Assembly: GCA_044892525.1 (NCBI GenBank)
Contig: CM097885.1
Span: 22,694,001-22,758,000 of the forward strand
From: Schmidtea polychroa
Taxonomy: Eukaryota
Reading direction: 5' to 3'
DNA: 64,000 nt
Below, piece after piece: positions 1-15,136 of the stretch (positions within the stretch are counted from its first letter, which is position 1; each line of letters opens with the position of its first letter). Both the position numbers and the translations under genes were made by a program. The notes below the pieces were generated by a model. That model did not search any database. It worked only from the letters and a program-made list of their open reading frames with translations, and was not told the origin of the DNA.

Positions 1-99
1 TATAGAGAATACAAAAAAAAAGTTGATGAATTTAAAAAAAATTGACAATAGTTTAAAATTTTATTTTTCGTGAATATAAAACAATTAATTCAAAATTTA

Positions 100-232
100 C
101 CGACCTAGCCAAGTGACAGAAGTTTTTGCAAAAGAACATTTTAAGGGAGTAATAATTTCGGTGTCTTTGTTTGGTATCCAACTGTTGTGTTGGCATTTTG
201 TGCATTTAATCTCAATCAAGAAAGAAACAAAG
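100..232 (-). CDS. Exon-like segment, unknown Cys-containing product
   Basis: TTGTAG...GTAAAT-bounded open frame FVSFLIEIKCTKCQHNSW...WLG; no family recognised. Confidence 0.3.
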
Positions 233-1384
233 CTACAAATGCAATTAATTATTTATCATTTCGCCCCGAAAACTTTATCCTGGATTAAATTTAAATACCT
301 AAATTTAAAGAAAACGAAAATACAAAATGCGTTTTACTTTTTTTATATTAATAAAGATTGTTAGTAATATTTATATTTGTAATTTTATTATTGTTTGTTA
401 CTATAATTTTTTAGCATCGCATACTTAACATAACATACACCCCAATTGTCCTCACATTAGTTATTGAGTGACATTTTGGGCCCTATAGTTTCTCCCACAA
501 CACATTGCAAAGCCAATGTAGCAATTACTAATAATAATACACAACATCCTGAAAACATACCCATAAAAGTAATTAACGGGTCTAAGGATTTGGTTTCATT
601 GAACAAATTATGTTGACTTTTGGTATTTAGCCAGTAATTAGTTTTTATTCCAAACAGTATAAAGTCAGAGACAAAAGGACCAGAAACTATAAAGAGGTGA
701 AACTATAATAAACTATAAAAGTCAGAAAAATTCTAAAGAAGTCATAAATCATAGAGTACTAAAAAGGAAATTATAGAATATTTATTGTTAAATAAAATTA
801 TAAAGATTTTGTCAGAAAAAAATAGTTATTACTTGGTAAAATAACAAACATTTATGCAGGGCATATCGATTTTGATCAAAGCGGAGCTGGGAGTCTGTGC
901 AAAGTTAAATCCTCAAACAAATAATGTTAAAACCCAACATTTTATGAACAATGTGATCATTTGAGATGACCAATTATTCAAATTGATAATAACATATACA
1001 TACATTATTTATAAATTGTGGAAAGAGAAAATAGTTTGTAAACAAATGAATAGATAAGAAGTTATTATTAATTGCAACTTTCAACAACAATAAACATTAG
1101 AATTCAGTAGTCACAAAGTTTTATATAAATTTGTATATTTTATTAAAATATCATTAAAATTTATTTTTATTTTTCGAGAAATTTTGAGGTGCAATATTAT
1201 GTAAAATTTTCAAAAAGAAAGATTATTAATTTACACATGAAAAATAACTATAAAAATTAAAAAATAATGTAATTTTATTATCATATTTGGTGTGTAGAAA
1301 ATAAAATTTTGCTTTATTATAAAACGGACAACCGTTATAAATTTCATACAATTTTATAACAGTAAACATTTACAATAGAATACT

Positions 1385-1665
1385 TTAAGTTTTGTAAACA
1401 TATTTGATAAAAGGAATTTGTTCAAAGATTGTTAACGTAAGTTGTATATAAAAGGGTGTATATGTGCGTAAGGAAGCTAGAAGTTTCTTGATTACAAAAG
1501 TCACATAATATCAGTAAAAACATATGCAAATCATAAATAAAACTAACGACTAAAATTCTTTTTGAAATCTCCCACGGTGAATCTTTCTGGGTTTGAAATA
1601 CAGGTTCCGGAGTAAAACCGCAAGAATCACGGTTAATGAGTATTTCCAATTTCACGCAATTGTTC
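1385..1665 (-). CDS. Probable exons 3-4 of the PDZ gene (total ~150 aa)
   Basis: TTTCAG|1665-1548 (phase 2, matching exon 2) gives L-NNCVKLEILINRD..., completing the last PDZ strand. After a GTTAGT intron, 1486-1385 reads KLLASLR...YVYKT*. Implies a ~15.4 kb intron. Confidence 0.55.
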
Positions 1666-3712
1666 CTGAAATTTGTAGTCACAATCAACCGAGATTTGAA
1701 TTTTAATTGCACAATTATTACTAAAATTTATTTTAATCAATTATTATGTGCAACTCCTTAACCTATAAATCCACTGCACATGAGGTTGAATGTAAGTCAA
1801 TTCTATGTCAATGTTTGTTAACTAACCACTAGCGGTTACTTAAAAACAAAAAATAAAATATTTATATAAAGTTATGAAAAATAGAAAAGGTGATTGAATC
1901 ACGATCTTACGGATCACGTTAGGTACACATGCGCGCTTTATTTCGAGTTTTCTCCCTTTTAAAGTCCTATATAAAAAAAGTTAAAATCATTTTTATTAAT
2001 ATTCTTTATGTAAAATTTTAATTTCAGTAATTTCATTCCATGTCCCATATTTGCAATTTTTCAATTCTGATAATTTACTATTGAGATGCGTATTGAATAA
2101 TTTTTAATTGCGAACACATATTATTAAAAAATAAAAAATAAATGACAATTGAAAAATATTGTTTTATTATGAATTTTCAATTGTACTTTATTTTTATTCT
2201 TTTAATTTGGTCATCGTAGCTATAATTTATATCATTTCTAGATTAATGCATAGAGTAGTTTTATCCCATATTATATTGAGCATTACAAAGATGAATGAAT
2301 ATATATATATATATATATATATAACAGTCCCGTCTTCAATTTATTTTATATTACTTTAAAACTGCTCTCAAATAGCATGAAATACAATTATTATTTACCA
2401 AATGTTTAATAGGTTTTTTAAATTTTAGACGACCACTTATTATGTATTTTTTTCTATTTACCAGACAAATATCCGATATTTTGAAAATAAGTTTCTCTAC
2501 GGATACTACAGTTCTACATGGTCTACTATTTATGTTAGCAAAGATGCAATTAAATATGCTTCATTTTCAAGAGAATAAGAGAAAAAGAGAAAATCTGATG
2601 GGCCTATTTGTACTGAAAAACAGAGCCAGTTGAGCACAATGTTTGATTTGGTATTATGGTTTTTAAGAAAGTGTAACAACAAACAATCAATATGTGAATT
2701 ATTGATGTATGATACTAATTATAAATAAATTCATTAAATTTATTTTTGATTATCTTTTCATATCCTTCACCCGAAAATGTCTCACATTGGATTTTTCTTG
2801 AAAATTACCGGCCAATAAAGATCAAAATTATATATAAATTAAAATTGAAAAATTTTCTATTTAATATTCGATGCTTTTCGTTCAAATTCAATGAATTAGA
2901 AATTTTACAAAATCATATTGTTACAGCCATGAATTAGACATTTCTATTGAAAACAAAATATTCTCATCCAAGGTCCATTTTGCTATAGCACATTTAGTCT
3001 AGATCACAATTATATATCAAAAACTCAATAATATTTATCAATTTATAAAGTTGATCACTCAACTGATAAGCACAATAGAAATCACAGAGTAAATGAGCTG
3101 AACCTATTCTGTACTATTCTGTCAACGTTGAAATTGAAAATTTTTAACAAAAAAATCACAAGATTTGATCATGCGTTTACCAAGTAATTTATTCTATACT
3201 ATTCTATACGGTTTGATTTTTCATTTTGTTTGACAAACACTTAAATATGAGCCAGCTTTATTAAAATAAATTTCCATCAGTTTTGTAGCTAAAAATAAAT
3301 TCTTTTCAAAATGAAAACGAGAAAGATTTTCTTTTCAAAATATATTAATAACAATTCATTTGACGAGCCCCAATCCAATTTTTTCTGCAAATTTATTTCA
3401 TTTTTAATATTTGTTATTTATTATAATTTATTTTAACCATTGGAAAAATTATAAAAGATTTTAATATGGTAATTATTCAATTATTCAACACTTTTAAGAA
3501 TTAATCTGTCGAAATTATTGGAAAATTAATTTTTATTGTTCAGTAAATTGGTTACGTCACACAAGGGAAAATAAGATTGACTATTTTTATACGCTCCCTG
3601 ACTGTATGAATATCGGGATTTTAATACATCAAAATTCGATTTTATATATAAAATCAAATGTGATTTTTTCTCGGATATCTAAATGCAACTAGAATTATTA
3701 TTGGTTCCAGTA

Positions 3713-3860
3713 CAGAGGCGTAGGTAGAGAGGGCACATGTCAATGGGCGCCAAGATTGGGTTTGGAACTTTTACTATTTTGGAATTTGGAACATGCAACG
3801 TATTGTATTCATAAATATGAGTCTTGTCCTTGAAGGCTAAACATCTTGGTTACGCCAATG
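3713..3860. mobile_element. hAT-type MITE
   Basis: TIRs CAGAGGCGTA / TACGCCAATG; 8-bp TSD TTCCAGTA / TTCCACTA (7/8). Confidence 0.7.
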
Positions 3861-5198
3861 TTCCACTATAGATAGCCTATGAATCCAATTAAGAGTTTTA
3901 ATAAGTATTAGATTGTTGGTTTTGGTAACAAAAAAAGATAAATCTTATTTCAGCTCAATGGTTTGCAATGACAACCATATATACTCACAAAGAGACACGA
4001 TAAATTTATTAAGGCCCATAAATTATTAATATTTCTTTTTATTATTATTAACATGAAATTACATGAAATATCTTAGATATCGAAATAATAATATTTGATT
4101 TTCGCACTAGGTAACTTATTTGAAGCATTAAACCGGATCTAAGAAATAAATAATGAAACATTATTTTTTCAAGTTTCTAATGCAGTTGAAATGGGATATT
4201 AAAAAAGTATGAAATTTACAGAACGTTTTTCAACATTTATTTATCTGAAATTCTTGCAATTATATATTAGAAAGTCAAATGTCACTTTCTCTCCCCTATC
4301 AATTTGTTTATTTTAATGGTTCAATGAAATTGAAAGAGCATCCAGAACACCCAATCAGAAATATAAAAAATTAACCTTAAAGCATTAAAATAATCAAATT
4401 CATGATAATTTACCAATTGTGGCCTAAATAAATTAAACTAAATAAACTGATGAAAAAGTAACTGAAACTTAAAGTGATAATAAAATATTATGTAAAGTGA
4501 ATACGAAAATTTCAATTTTCCATTGAATCAGAATTTTTAATTAAATAATGAAAAATAACATGTACTTAAAACTATTAAAAAGTTACTGTAAAATAATGAA
4601 TTAAAGAATAAATGCAAAAATTGCAAAAAATGTAAAAATCAAATATGTCATGAATGTTTCGCACTTGCTAGAACAGTGATGAGAAATTCTACAAACAATA
4701 ATTTATTATTTAATAAATGCTTATTGATAAGATGGTCTATCTAATTAAGAATTTCTTTAAAAATATGTAATAAAATCATTTATGAATTTACTTTAAAAAA
4801 ACTCATTTGTCTTTAATTATTATTTATATAGACAATTGAGACAGAAACTATTCGAAGGAATAATTCTAACAAATCACTTAAAACTGTTGAATTATTATTT
4901 ATATTATAAATATATAGTGTGGAGTAAAATTATAAGGGATTAAAATAAATACTACGATATTATAAATCAAGTAAAAAATAAGATTACTTTGTATAACGAT
5001 TTGAGTAAATTTATAACTTTTCATAACGATATATTAAAAGTAAAATAATTTTTAAAATTTCATAAAAAAATAAATAATAAATAATAAACTTAAATAATAA
5101 TAAATAATGATAATAATAATAAATAATAACAATTGCTAAATAATGACATCGATTTAAATCTAACGAAAAGCACCAAATCCAATATATATGTATTTTAA

Positions 5199-5238
5199 TA
5201 CAATATATTTCGACAGAATCACTGTCATCTTCGGGTAG
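5199..5238 (-). ncRNA. Minimal hammerhead motif (family A), inverted copy
   Basis: Reverse-complement copy of 6019-6059 with stem I TAC/GTA. Confidence 0.65.
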
Positions 5239-6018
5239 AATTGAAATCAAACTAAATCAATATAAATTGCTCTTTTTTTAAACAAACTAATTATCTAATT
5301 CATTAATTTTTTTAAAATTAATTTCGCTAAAAATTTACAAAATTCTGTTTTTTATATTCAAACTTTAAAAATTATAAAAGTTTTAAAACTTTTAAAACTT
5401 TTAAAACTCACAAAAGTTGAAATCAAACTAGATTCTAATAAATTTTCCACAAAATTGTGTTTACTAATATTAATCAATTGCTTCAGTCGATAGTGATCAA
5501 GAACTTGAAAACGGAGATGACGGACAGTCATTCCAATGTATGTGGCATTGCACCCATGACATATATATTCAAAACCAAGATCTGAACATCATCTAATCAA
5601 GAACCGAAATAGATCAACTTCACAATTTATATCATGCATATCCAATCCAATCACTGATAGTTTTTCATTCATTAATTTTCTACATTTCTTCATCAATTCC
5701 AAAGTGCTTCTATTGAGTATCGGAAAAAACAAAGAGTAACTTTCGTTTTCAAGTTCCTGATCACTATGGACTGAAGCAATTGATTAATATTAGTAAACTC
5801 AATTTTGTGGAAAATTTATTAGAATCTAGTTTGATTTCAACTTTTGTGAGTTTTAAAAGTTTTAAAAGTTTTAAAACTTTTATAATTTTTAAAGTTTGAA
5901 TATAAAAAACAGAATTTTGTAAATTTTTAGCGAAATTAATTTTAAAAAAATTAATGAATTAGATAATTAGTTTGTTTAAAAAAAGAGCAATTTATATTGA
6001 TTTAGTTTGATTTCAATT

Positions 6019-6059
6019 CTACCCGAAGATGACAGTGATTCTGTCGAAATATATTGTAG
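6019..6059 (+). ncRNA. Minimal type-I hammerhead ribozyme motif (family A)
   Basis: CTAC-CCGAAGA-T-GACAG(TGATT)CTGTC-GAA-ATATAT-T-GTAG: stem I CTAC/GTAG, 5-bp stem II, palindromic stem III. Confidence 0.7.
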
Positions 6060-6108
6060 TAAAATACATATATTGGATTTGGTGCTTTTCGTTAGAATAA
6101 TAATAATC

Positions 6109-6163
<55 letters not shown>

Positions 6164-7340
6164 ATTTAGAATGGGAAACATAATAAAAACTCAAGAAATA
6201 AAAGGGAAAATATCGATAAATAATAAATGTCAAATAAAATGAATGACATTTAATCTAACTGGTCGGGAAATAGCTTTCAGAATTTCATATATAGTTATCA
6301 GGTATAAACAATTTTATTTTACTGAAATTTTACAATTTATTTAAAAGAATAAAAAAGCGAGAAATTTAAATAATTAAAATGGTCAATACTTGAAATCGTA
6401 AACAATGCAAAACTGCAAAAAAAATATTAAAAGATTTCTTTAAAATAATCAATTGAGACTTTGTTCTGTCGATTTTAAATGTGTTTAGGGGAGTTCTAAG
6501 AACTCAAGAAACTGTGCAAAATAAGGCACATTTAAATGGGTTCAAATCTATAGTATTATATAAATATAAATATATATATTAAAAAATATATTATATAATT
6601 ATAAATATTCTGCTAAGAAGGACAAAAATACCAAAATGCAGCCCATTCTATTGCACGATAAATGTATCATGATGTACATGCATGTTTTTATTAAAATAAA
6701 CAAAACACTTCGAAAGAAAATTTTAAAAGTTATTTGATAATATGTCAATTTATCAGAAGTAATTTTGATTTGTCCAACTTTAGAACTAAAAATAAAATAG
6801 TGATAAAATTAAAAAAAATCTATAATTCAGGAGCCATACGTATCACATTTGTCAAATTTGTAATTTACTTTATTGGTAGAAGATGACGATGATATGAGTG
6901 TGAAGGGGGAGGTTGTGAGACAACTTTATTAATTGAATTAATATTAATAAATCCTAAAGTAATTTGTTGAGTTCAAGTAACATTGGGAGGTACAAATAAA
7001 TATAAATAGTCGCAAACAATAAACGAACTGTTAAAAAGTTTAAATGATTAATTAAATATTAGATACCAAAAATAGAGTTTGTAATAATAAAAATAAAAGA
7101 AAATAAAAATAATTTTTTAAGATACTAAAAGGGTGATTAGAAAACATCTTCGTAATTAATTTATATATAATTTAAAATTATATTTTTTTCTAAATTAAAT
7201 TTCAAAAAGTCTGAAAATAATAATTAACTAAAACGGATTAACAAAAACGGATTGTCAAATATTAAGAATATCAAAATAAAAATTGTTCGACAAAAATTTA
7301 AATACAATTTCCAATTATAAAATCTTTTAATAATAAATTA

Positions 7341-7607
7341 TCTCTCTATATATAAAAAAGCTAAGGGTCCCCTCCATCCTAATTTTAATTTTGTTTTATT
7401 TTTTTTATGAAGTATTTATTATTTTGTACTTATCGTTCTATATTACTTAGAAACGGTTTATGCTATTATCTTTTATCATAGTTATGTAAACATATTAATA
7501 AACTGAACCTTACTCCTGTCCAAGAATACCCTGGATATTAACTTTAACATTAACCCCACGTTCTAACGGGGTTGGAAAAGCGAAGCGAACAGGGGCAGAG
7601 CCTCTAG
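7341..7607 (+). mobile_element. Non-autonomous Helitron
   Basis: A|TCTCTCTATATATAAAAAAG 5' end; 3' GCGAAGCG...GGGGCAGAGCCT-CTAG|T; inserted at A-T without TSD. Confidence 0.7.
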
Positions 7608-7922
7608 TTTAGTTTAAAATAATATCCCTTTAACCGTTTCATTTCCATTACGATAATATATCCCAAAAAACTTTATTGTAACACTTTTTCGAATTATCAT
7701 TAAAATTAACAAATTTTTAATTTTAAAAATGGTTTTGGTGTCCTCGACGGAAAAAGTTAACATTTTAAAATTAATTATTTTAATTATTATGTGGCGGCAA
7801 AAATGTTAGAAACATAAAATTTAATGAATAAAATTGATAAATCACGAATGGTTGTATTTATTCATAGTCTAGATCAAGAATGGCGTAATTTTATTTAATA
7901 TCAAATTGAATAATATCTAGCT

Positions 7923-8136
7923 CAGTGTTTCCCATGGTGGAGCATCACACCTTAGAGGTGGGACACATCAGAATTATCAGCTATTCCACATATATTTTTT
8001 TAATAAAATATGCTCATTCACGACTACATAAATCAACGTGCATGTAGCAATTTCATCGACCGTTTATTTTGCATTCTGGTTTGATAGCTGTTTCAAAGCT
8101 GCCGGTGGGGCATGGTATAAAGGTCAGAAAACACTG
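7923..8136. mobile_element. hAT (Charlie/Buster-type) MITE
   Basis: TIRs CAGTGTTT / AAACACTG; TSD ATCTAGCT / ATCTAGAT (nTCTAGan-type target). Confidence 0.8.
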
Positions 8137-10394
8137 ATCTAGATGTTATTATTTTTAAACAGGAAAATACTTTTATCGAAATTAAGTTGTAAATATTAAA
8201 AAATATTAAATTACAGTGTGGAATATGATTTCATCAAATATGCATGTCTTTACAGAATCTTCAATTAAAATTATTTTTTTAACTACAAATTAAACTATGT
8301 TTTTGGAAAATATTAAAAATGTGATGGAAAATTTTTATATCTCATTATTAGGATAGTCAGATTTCCAAAGTCACAAATCAGGACAGTTCGGTTCAAATAA
8401 TGACGCCTGGTTCCTAAGTTCCACAGTATCAACTAATAAAAAAGGAAAAGATTTCTAGGATCAAGAATTCAGCAGAATAAGCTTCAATAATCGAAATGCA
8501 AATAAATAAATCGTACTATTATTATGCATAATAATTCATATTAAATTTTAAAAATAACATTCGTTAAATTACTTAGAAAAATTAATATTACAATGTTATC
8601 AATGTTAAAATGTTATCAATGTATGACTAGAATCTAGCGTATGCGGCATATAGTAATGAGATCATTTAATACATATCTAGCATAAAAATTCAATCAGAAT
8701 TTTGTCTATATATAATCGGGTCTTTCAAGCCAATGTGAGTCTGGAGATTTGTCTGTTTAACTCGTGATGATCAAGTTCAAACCGATGCATCTGGAAACCC
8801 AGCACTTTATTAAGTAGGAATTATACAGAATTAGCTCTAGAGCAGGCGTACGTAGTCTTTCAGACTGACGCCATGTAAAAAGCTGTTTGTTTGCTTATTT
8901 AAATTTCAATGTGTATGTTCTTTCAAATTAATGTGAATTTGAGTAAGAAGTAAGGTTTGTAATCACAAATATGTATATAATCAACAATAATTATTTCTGG
9001 GAGTAATCTCGGATATTGTACTAGATTTTGAGGATTTGACTCTAAATAATAGATGTCCAAGGTTGTTTCTTCAAATGTTATCCATCAAATTAATAACAGT
9101 AGATTTTAAAGGATATGTTTGTAGTAACATGAACACAATTGTTCCGTAACAATTAGAAAGAATATCTTATTTAATAGTTTTAAATTTTTATTTTACATTG
9201 GTTTCTTACACAAGCAAACTTCTTAAAACTTCAAGTGGTTTTAGACTCAGCATTTTTATACTTGATTAATGTTATTTTCTTTAGGTTTTAATTTTAGATT
9301 TATTTTTAGGTCATATTCTCTTTCTTCTGAGTCATTTTCTGCACAGTCTCTGATTGATAGATCAGTACTTGAAAGAATTGATTCGGTTTTTATGAATCTG
9401 ATTTTGGAAACTAAATTTCAACTAAATTTCATTTTTAATATTAAATTAACATTATTTTATGCTCCTTAAACTTAGGATCCCTTTCTAATAAGTTCCCCAA
9501 TTGCATTGAGCTTGAATACTTCGGAAACAATCGTAATATATTATATCTTGTATCATGTTTGCACAATCTCATTATCAAAATTATGCAGATATTAATCAAA
9601 AATTGAATCACATTTTTCACATTAATATGTTTTATATTACGTCTATTTCATTAGAATATCTAAAATATTTTATGTAGATTTATATAGCAAAGCATTAACT
9701 TCTTTCCTATTAATATTCTTCAGTTCCTGTGGTTTTTGAAGTTATTTGTTTACTCGTTAAGGTAAGTGAAAATGAAAAAAAAACTTAAAAGTGATCAAAT
9801 CTGACGTTATGATGTTTCTGTATGCTAAATAAAATTAAAGAATCCATTTTATTTATTTGGGTCTTGAAAATTTTTTGTCATAAAAAAAGAATTAGTGAAA
9901 TAATCAAAAAGAAATTTATAAAATGTTATTGTATGTGGTCGTGCATTTTGTTTTGGTGAAATTAATATTTTTATTGACAAAATTGTAAATTTTTTATATT
10001 CTAATCATTTAGCACTGGCTGCTTGAATTGAGGGTCGGTTTGAGATCATCATAGGCTCTACTCACTTTTTATTACATAATTAGCCATATTTTATTGAAAT
10101 TTATTTTAATATTTACAATGAGCAATCACAGATTTTTCTCATGGTAATTTTGAATTTTTTTTGCCAAAACAAAAAACATATGTATTTTGTTTTGTTTGAT
10201 CACTGTTCAGATCACAGTGCTATGCATAATTATATTGATGGTGATACTGAACAGTAAGAATATTATTATGGAAAGGTATGACATTTATACAGTAATGTAA
10301 CTACAAATTTTATATCCATAAGCAAACTGTTCTTTTGAGACTCATTTGTCAGCTGAACACTTTGAAAGAATGAAATGCGTTAGGAAATGGTTTT

Positions 10395-10759
10395 GGTACT
10401 TCCGTGCTATCTTACCCCCAAAAATTAAATTATAAAATACAATTAAAATAACAATATAAAAAATGAGAGAATACATTATTGATGACGTTATTGAACATGA
10501 ATTTATTAAAGCTATCTGTGATTTATGTAATTACGTGATTATGTGTGTTTATGTGGCGCAAACGTGTTCTAAGAAACAGTACCGATGTGTTCGACACTAT
10601 TCTCAACGACATTGTGGTTTTCTGGCCACCTGGATGACCATTTACAAACTCTTTACAAACATTTGTTGAGTTTGTAACTGTGATTTAGAAAATAAATATA
10701 ATAATTATATGTGTTCTTCTTTAATTTATTTTTTGGGGGTAAGATACCACGGAAGTACC
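10395..10759. mobile_element. MITE, probably Merlin superfamily
   Basis: ~30-bp TIRs GGTACTTCCGTG(C/G)TATCTTACCCCCAAAAA; perfect 8-bp TSD ATGGTTTT; GG..CC ends. Confidence 0.8.
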
Positions 10760-13300
10760 ATGGTTTTAGTTAGTTTAAATAAATATAAAGAATATTTTGG
10801 ATACTAATAAATAAAATATTATTTAATACTGTAAACCAATAAAATATTATATATATATTTTATAGTTTTTTTCGAGTCTATTGTGAGGTAAATTTGACAA
10901 TTTCATACAGGAATGGGCCTTTAAAAACTCATCTTAACTCAATACTCTAAAGCATTGCTTGCTTTTGCTATCTTATTGTCAGGCCGCTGTATTTAAATTA
11001 ATAATTAAATTCGCTTGGTTATTATTATTATTATAATTGTATTTATTATTATATGTCTAGAACTTGTTTACAAAGATATTAGATTCGTTTAATAGAAAAG
11101 GCTAAATTTGAATTTGTTTATTTTGTTCAAATCAAATTTCTATTTTTATTGATAAATGTTCATATTTGCAAATTTATTTAAATTTATTTGCTTTTACTCA
11201 ATTTAATAAATTGGTTTTATTTATATTTTATAGAAATTTCTTTAAATCATATAATATTCGAAAGCCCTAAACTGTATTTATTGTGTCTGGAGTGATAGTA
11301 TTATAATAAAATCAAAAAAATTTCTATTAAACTCGAATTGTTAGACAATTAATCACTCATGCAACCTTAGTTATACCATATAGTATTACCTTAGATAGGT
11401 CTATATGAAATGACACTTAATATCCTAATTTATATTAAATTTCTCCCGAAAAGAAAGGAAGTATAAATATACAGTCAAATCTTTCGATAACCGAAGGCAA
11501 TTTCCCTAAAGCAATTCTTCAATTCATGGTAAAAATTATTCAAACACATTTCATGTCCATATAATAATAAATAATTTGACAAATAATAAAAAGTTTACAA
11601 ACAAGCTTTGTATAGAAATTTCTGATAAAAAAAAACTACTGATTTATTAAAATAACAATTACTTAGACAAATTTTATTTCAATTGACAAAATTCAATGTA
11701 GCAATTAAAAAATAAATTTTTACCAATAGTAACAAAAAAGAGTTGAAATTTCAATTTTTGTTTAAATGAGTTAATAATTACATAAGCAGAACTCACAGAC
11801 GCAGGGAGAAAGGGACGCACGCGAGCACATACACAGAGTTTTAATTAATACGGTGAATAATTTTATCCCTATTATTTCTTTGATTTACAATCTCTTTGAA
11901 TTAATATGCAATCGTTATGGAAAACTCTCGAAAAATAAAAAACAAATAAAACGTGTCTATTCAAGAAAAATTGAAATAAATAAATTTAAATTCGTCCACC
12001 TAATCAGAATTGCTAGTTTTTAATAGACACTCTGAAATGCTTGAAAAAGATTGTACCGAAAATTCCTGTCAAATAAATAAAAATATTGATCTGCGGTCTA
12101 AAATGAAGATAAAAGAAATGGAAAATATAATGTTATAAGTGTTTCCATATTTGAATTTCAATATTGATTTAATGTTTCTAAATGCCTATAAATCAATTAA
12201 CTGGCTTTCAAATATTTTCATAAAAAGAGGATTTTCTAACCAATTTTTTTTCTTCACATTATACGTTAAACATTTTACATCATTACCTTATTTATACTTC
12301 AAGAGCAATGTTTTAAAGAGAAAATTAAAATAACCCTTTAAGGTGTGGAACTACATTTAGTATTTTCTTAATTAAATTTAAATGTTTAATACCTTACTAT
12401 TGAAACGTAGAAAATTAATTAATTAAAATTTTCCAAAATAATTGCTAAGTACTTGAGGACATTGTTAATATGCAACCCCTGATCAGTTTGTTCTTTATGT
12501 GAATACGAAAATAGTGACAGGACAGCACAATAAAGTATTAGCACTTGTTTAAAATCAATAATTTATAATGAAATTCAAAAATCAATAGATTTATGTGCTT
12601 AAATTATCATAAATTTGTGCTGAATACTCATGATAATATTTCAACCAGGCGCGGATAAACTCGAGGAGAATACTACGTAATGATGTTCCCAGAAAGTTAC
12701 AGAACAAATATTATGAACAAAATAACGTTTTCGAGTGTCTTTAATAGTTGTATTTGAAATTACCTATTCGTCTGACATACAAAAATGATTCCAAATACTG
12801 TATTATCAATCATTATTTTATGAGATTAAAATAAAATGGATCACTGTAGTCGAACAACAATCTAAAATTCATAAATAGAATAGGTTACTAACCAAGTAAA
12901 GGGTTAAGGATGAATGCAGTTGCATAATAACTTGGTCTCTGTTACCATCGAATATTTAATTAATACCATAAGTGCCATCGAATGTCAAATAAAAACATTG
13001 TAAATAGAACAAATCATTTTAATATTTTCTAGATCAATATTAATATCAATGTTTAATATTTTATCCATCAATATATTTTCGAAAAATTTTCAAATATAGC
13101 ACATCCAAACTAGAACATTATGTAACGCAACCTTATTGAAGTTATATTTTGCCATATATCCAATCATACGTCATTATTAGATTTAATTCTCACCCTAAAA
13201 GCAAGTCAAATATGTCTGAAAGATATGTTACGAAAGCGGATTGCCGTGTATAAAAAGATTGACTAAGAATCAGTAAAGATATCGATGTTTTTTATGACAT

Positions 13301-13334
13301 TCATGAATTTTTGACACAGCCTTTTTCAAGTAAT
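13301..13334 (-). ncRNA. Degenerate minimal hammerhead motif (family B)
   Basis: TTAC-TTGAAAAA-GGC(TGT)GTC-AAAA-ATTC-ATGA; homologous to copies at 19320, 46663 and 53221; G12 lost. Confidence 0.5.
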
Positions 13335-13363
13335 TTCGAATAACAATACTACTACAATAAATT

Positions 13364-13667
<304 letters not shown>

Positions 13668-13669
13668 TA

Positions 13670-15136
13670 AAGTGATAATTACTTGGTAGCAGCATTAATT
13701 AAATTTAAAAACAATTAAATGATAATTTAAGCCTTTTGCTGCGAATAATATATTTAATACAAATGAAAAAATTTTCAACTATAAGATAGCCCTTTTCAAT
13801 TTATGGAGTTTAGCTTCTTCTTATTTCTAAAATTCTTTTTGATCTTCTCTTTTATTTCCTTTTTCTTACTTCTCATTGGTCAAAAATAATAATAGACTTT
13901 TTTTCTGAAGCATTTAAAATTCTAAAAATTATTTTAATTAAATATCCTTTAAAATTCAAAATTTTTAAAGCTTCTATAATTAGCTCATAGAAACCTATTT
14001 TAATAAATAATATCTTAAAATATTTATAAAATATAGTTTCCAATAACTATTTATATACGCAATTTAAATATTTTAAAAAATGTTTCTATTTTGATTTTTA
14101 AATCCTAATAATCTAAAATTATATTTTCTATTTTTCTATATTATTTTAAATTATCATTTTTTAATTTTTGATTTAATTTTTTAAAAGCTATTCTCAAGGT
14201 CAAAAACAATAATCAAATTGATGAGTTCATTGATCTCTTCTTTAGTGTTGATTGTCGGCCGTCTGTTAATTATAAGAATTGCATCCTTAAATCTGACATT
14301 TTTTTGCATGTTTCTATTGCCTAAGATTTTGATTGAAATATTTTTTCTTTTCTTTCTTGTATGACATTGTTGGAGATGTCTGTATACCGAAGATTTGCCA
14401 CCAGGATCTAGATGTTCTTTAACTCTTTGGTCAAGGCCCTGTGCGTATTCCCAATGTATATTTCTTTACATACATTGCACGTGATGCAATAGAAAAAGTT
14501 TTTAGAAAGCACATATCTTTCGGTGTCTAGCAGTTTTTGTTCAATTGTTTCTTTTATGTGTTGTTTGCCAGAGCTTTTCTCAATGTTCAAGATTTATGAT
14601 TATACAAATTGTAAGGCCAGTGCATTTCAGTTCTTTTAGGATCTTGAAGTCGAGTATGCCACTGATGAATGGGATATTCAAATAAAAATATTTCTTCTTC
14701 ATTTGTGTTATTTCCCTAGATTTTTTGGGGTAGAAATCATTCTTTCAATGTCCTTACATTGATATCTGTTTCTGTGTAGGATTTCATTGAAGTTTAATTG
14801 TTGTTTATAGTTCTCGTTTTCTTCAGTACATCGATTGGCTATCCTTTGTTTCTCGTTTATTATGACGTGCACTTTCTGTAAGTATGGAAGCGCTGATCTT
14901 TGGTCCATAAATATTTCTTTACCGGCTGGTTTTCTGTACAACCCGTCTATTTTAATTTTTAAATCCAGTAGATTGAGGGATCCATTTTCTTCCGGATATT
15001 CTATCTCAAACTTAATATCTCTGTGAGCCGTATTGAATGTATGCAATATTTCTTTCGCTTCTTTTCTGCTCTTGGTCGTGATAAAGATATCATCTACATA
15101 TCTTGCGTAGGAACCGATGGATTGTATGGTTTTCAT
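13670..15136 (-). mobile_element. 5'-truncated Penelope-like retroelement (RT + GIY-YIG + 3' region)
   Basis: ORF 14708-15136 YARYVDDIF...LNLLDLKI...LYRKP (PLE RT); 14408-14590 FYCITCNVCKEIYIGNT (GIY-YIG); 3' region abuts (AAT)n and recurs at 27.5k and 36.9k. Confidence 0.88.

Larger units (their letters stand above)
5159..6096. mobile_element. Penelope-like element remnant with inverted pseudo-LTRs
   Basis: ~355-bp near-perfect inverted arms (5159-5513 / 5744-6096). The minus strand at ~5450-5570 encodes GIY-YIG-like CHGCNATYIGMTVRHLRFQVLDH. Each arm holds a hammerhead motif; AAT repeats flank it. Confidence 0.85.

Noticed and set aside
9724..9761. Plus-strand exon-like segment (TTTCAG...GTAAGT)
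   Set aside because: Isolated; no partner exons or recognisable product
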